From an uncultured Clostridia bacterium (GTDB taxonomy: Bacteria; Bacillota; Clostridia; Christensenellales; UBA1242), in assembly GCA_944383355.1 (NCBI GenBank), contig CALWPF010000001.1, positions 28,357-92,356 on the forward strand: a stretch of DNA of 64,000 nt, read 5' to 3'. A model generated the notes under the pieces. It was not told where the DNA came from. It ran no database searches and saw only the letters and a program-made list of their open reading frames with translations. The position numbers and the translations under genes are program-made. This document shows positions 63,015 to 64,000 of the stretch, in pieces. Numbering within the stretch: the stretch's first letter is position 1; each line of letters begins with the position of its first letter.

Positions 63015-64000
63015 CTTTACTACACCAAGCCAGTTTAAATCACATGCAATAGCAACCTCTATGGCACTAGATACAGCAGAAGATGAATTAGAATTGACTA
63101 TCCAAATTATTAAGCCTCAACCAAATTCTGGCTCTGGTCCAAAATATCAACACATCAGTAGCCAAGGAGCAACTATTAGCGATTGTATAGAAAAATTAGA
63201 AATGCAATTGGGTAGAATCATTGGATTGGGGCATTGTGCCACCATGGTTATTAGTGATGATGTGTGCACCAAGTATAATCTACTGTATACATTAGATGAC
63301 CTGATACGAGGAAATGAATTAGGTACAAATACATTACTAATACATACCATGGACAAAGCAAAGGATATATTGACAAGCAGCGCAGCAGAAGAAAACAACA
63401 CTCAAGATTTACTAATGGATATCACTCAACTCAATCAACAATTGTATAGCACAAAAACAGATTTATTTAGTTTCTATAACAACTCAATATCACCGCACTC
63501 TACGGCAATCATGCTTAGCCTAGATATCAACAATGACGCACAACAGGGGCAAAGTAATAGTGAATCAGGTGCTCAAGGTGCGGCCAGTGGGTCTACTAGT
63601 GCCACCAGTGACAGCACTAGTAACTCTAGCAATAGTAGTGGACAACAATCAAAAAGTATCAAGAGTCAGGGCGACATCAGCATATTTGTAGATGGTAATT
63701 TGGTAGATACACTCAGTTACCAAGAATTAAAGGGTTTTAATTGGTTAGATTCAAAAACTAAAAGAAACTTATTTAAATTAGAAAATATTAGTAGCGAAGA
63801 ATTAACTAATGCAACCATGGAGCTCGTTAATCTTGGACAAAACATAAAACTAGAAACATCTATAACAAACAATACGCCTCTAATTTATGCAAAAGTCGAT
63901 GTTCGGGCTAAAATATTAAAAATACAAGATGAAAACGATGCTATACTCACCAATCAAATTAGTTATATAGATGAATCAATACAATCAGCTTTTAAGGAGT
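62944..64000 (+). CDS. Spore germinant receptor subunit C (Ger(x)C family), partial; continues beyond the window end
   Basis: My translation from the ATG at 62944 (GAGGAGG SD) gives MKLLLSKVIILAVILMLIVLTPSSF...GATISDCIEKLEMQLGRIIGLGHCATMVISDD.... The frame is open to the window end and the gene holds the third position of the operon. It is absent from the track because there is no stop in the window. Confidence 0.75.
   Translation, partial: MKLLLSKVIILAVILMLIVLTPSSFTTPSQFKSHAIATSMALDTAEDELELTIQIIKPQPNSGSGPKYQHISSQGATISDCIEKLEMQLGRIIGLGHCATMVISDDVCTKYNLLYTLDDLIRGNELGTNTLLIHTMDKAKDILTSSAAEENNTQDLLMDITQLNQQLYSTKTDLFSFYNNSISPHSTAIMLSLDINNDAQQGQSNSESGAQGAASGSTSATSDSTSNSSNSSGQQSKSIKSQGDISIFVDGNLVDTLSYQELKGFNWLDSKTKRNLFKLENISSEELTNATMELVNLGQNIKLETSITNNTPLIYAKVDVRAKILKIQDENDAILTNQISYIDESIQSAFKE

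Overview
Core chromosomal segment of a low-GC, endospore-forming Firmicute, probably Clostridia-like, judged from spoIIE, sigH, cwlD, whiA and a gerA-type germinant receptor operon. Coding density is high. Almost every gene from 1 to 60267 is on the minus strand. The exceptions are an SDR/MBL pair, eno, a Cys-rich gene and a few small ORFs. The gerA-like operon (60338 to the window end) is on the plus strand. Recognisable content includes dnaE (5' part), whiA, murB, uvrC, tilS, spoIIE, mazF, acpS, recX and tyrS. It also includes eno, rpsL-rpsG-fusA-tuf, cca, recR-ybaB-dnaX, sigH-rlmB-mrnC, cwlD, a short alaS and glnS. A 23S-5S rRNA pair is present with no 16S anywhere in the window. Two very large cell-surface proteins are present (GLUG-type and BspA-LRR-type). 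I saw no transposase, integrase, CRISPR array or tRNA. The most notable observations follow. (1) dnaX is split at a run of nine A's, and its C-terminal domain is readable only after a -1 shift, so this is either recoding or a homopolymer error. (2) Three perfect DnaA boxes sit among iteron-like direct repeats in a 700-bp ORF-free gap upstream of rpsL. (3) The 23S-5S pair has its own near-consensus promoter. (4) A 121-aa protein is about 20% cysteine and carries CCPCKP repeats. (5) MazF is translationally coupled to an acidic partner that does not look like an RHH antitoxin. (6) A small palindrome family (TGCATAGTAC) occurs in three intergenic regions. All functional calls rest on motif recognition from the supplied translations and my own reading of the DNA. 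No database search was run.
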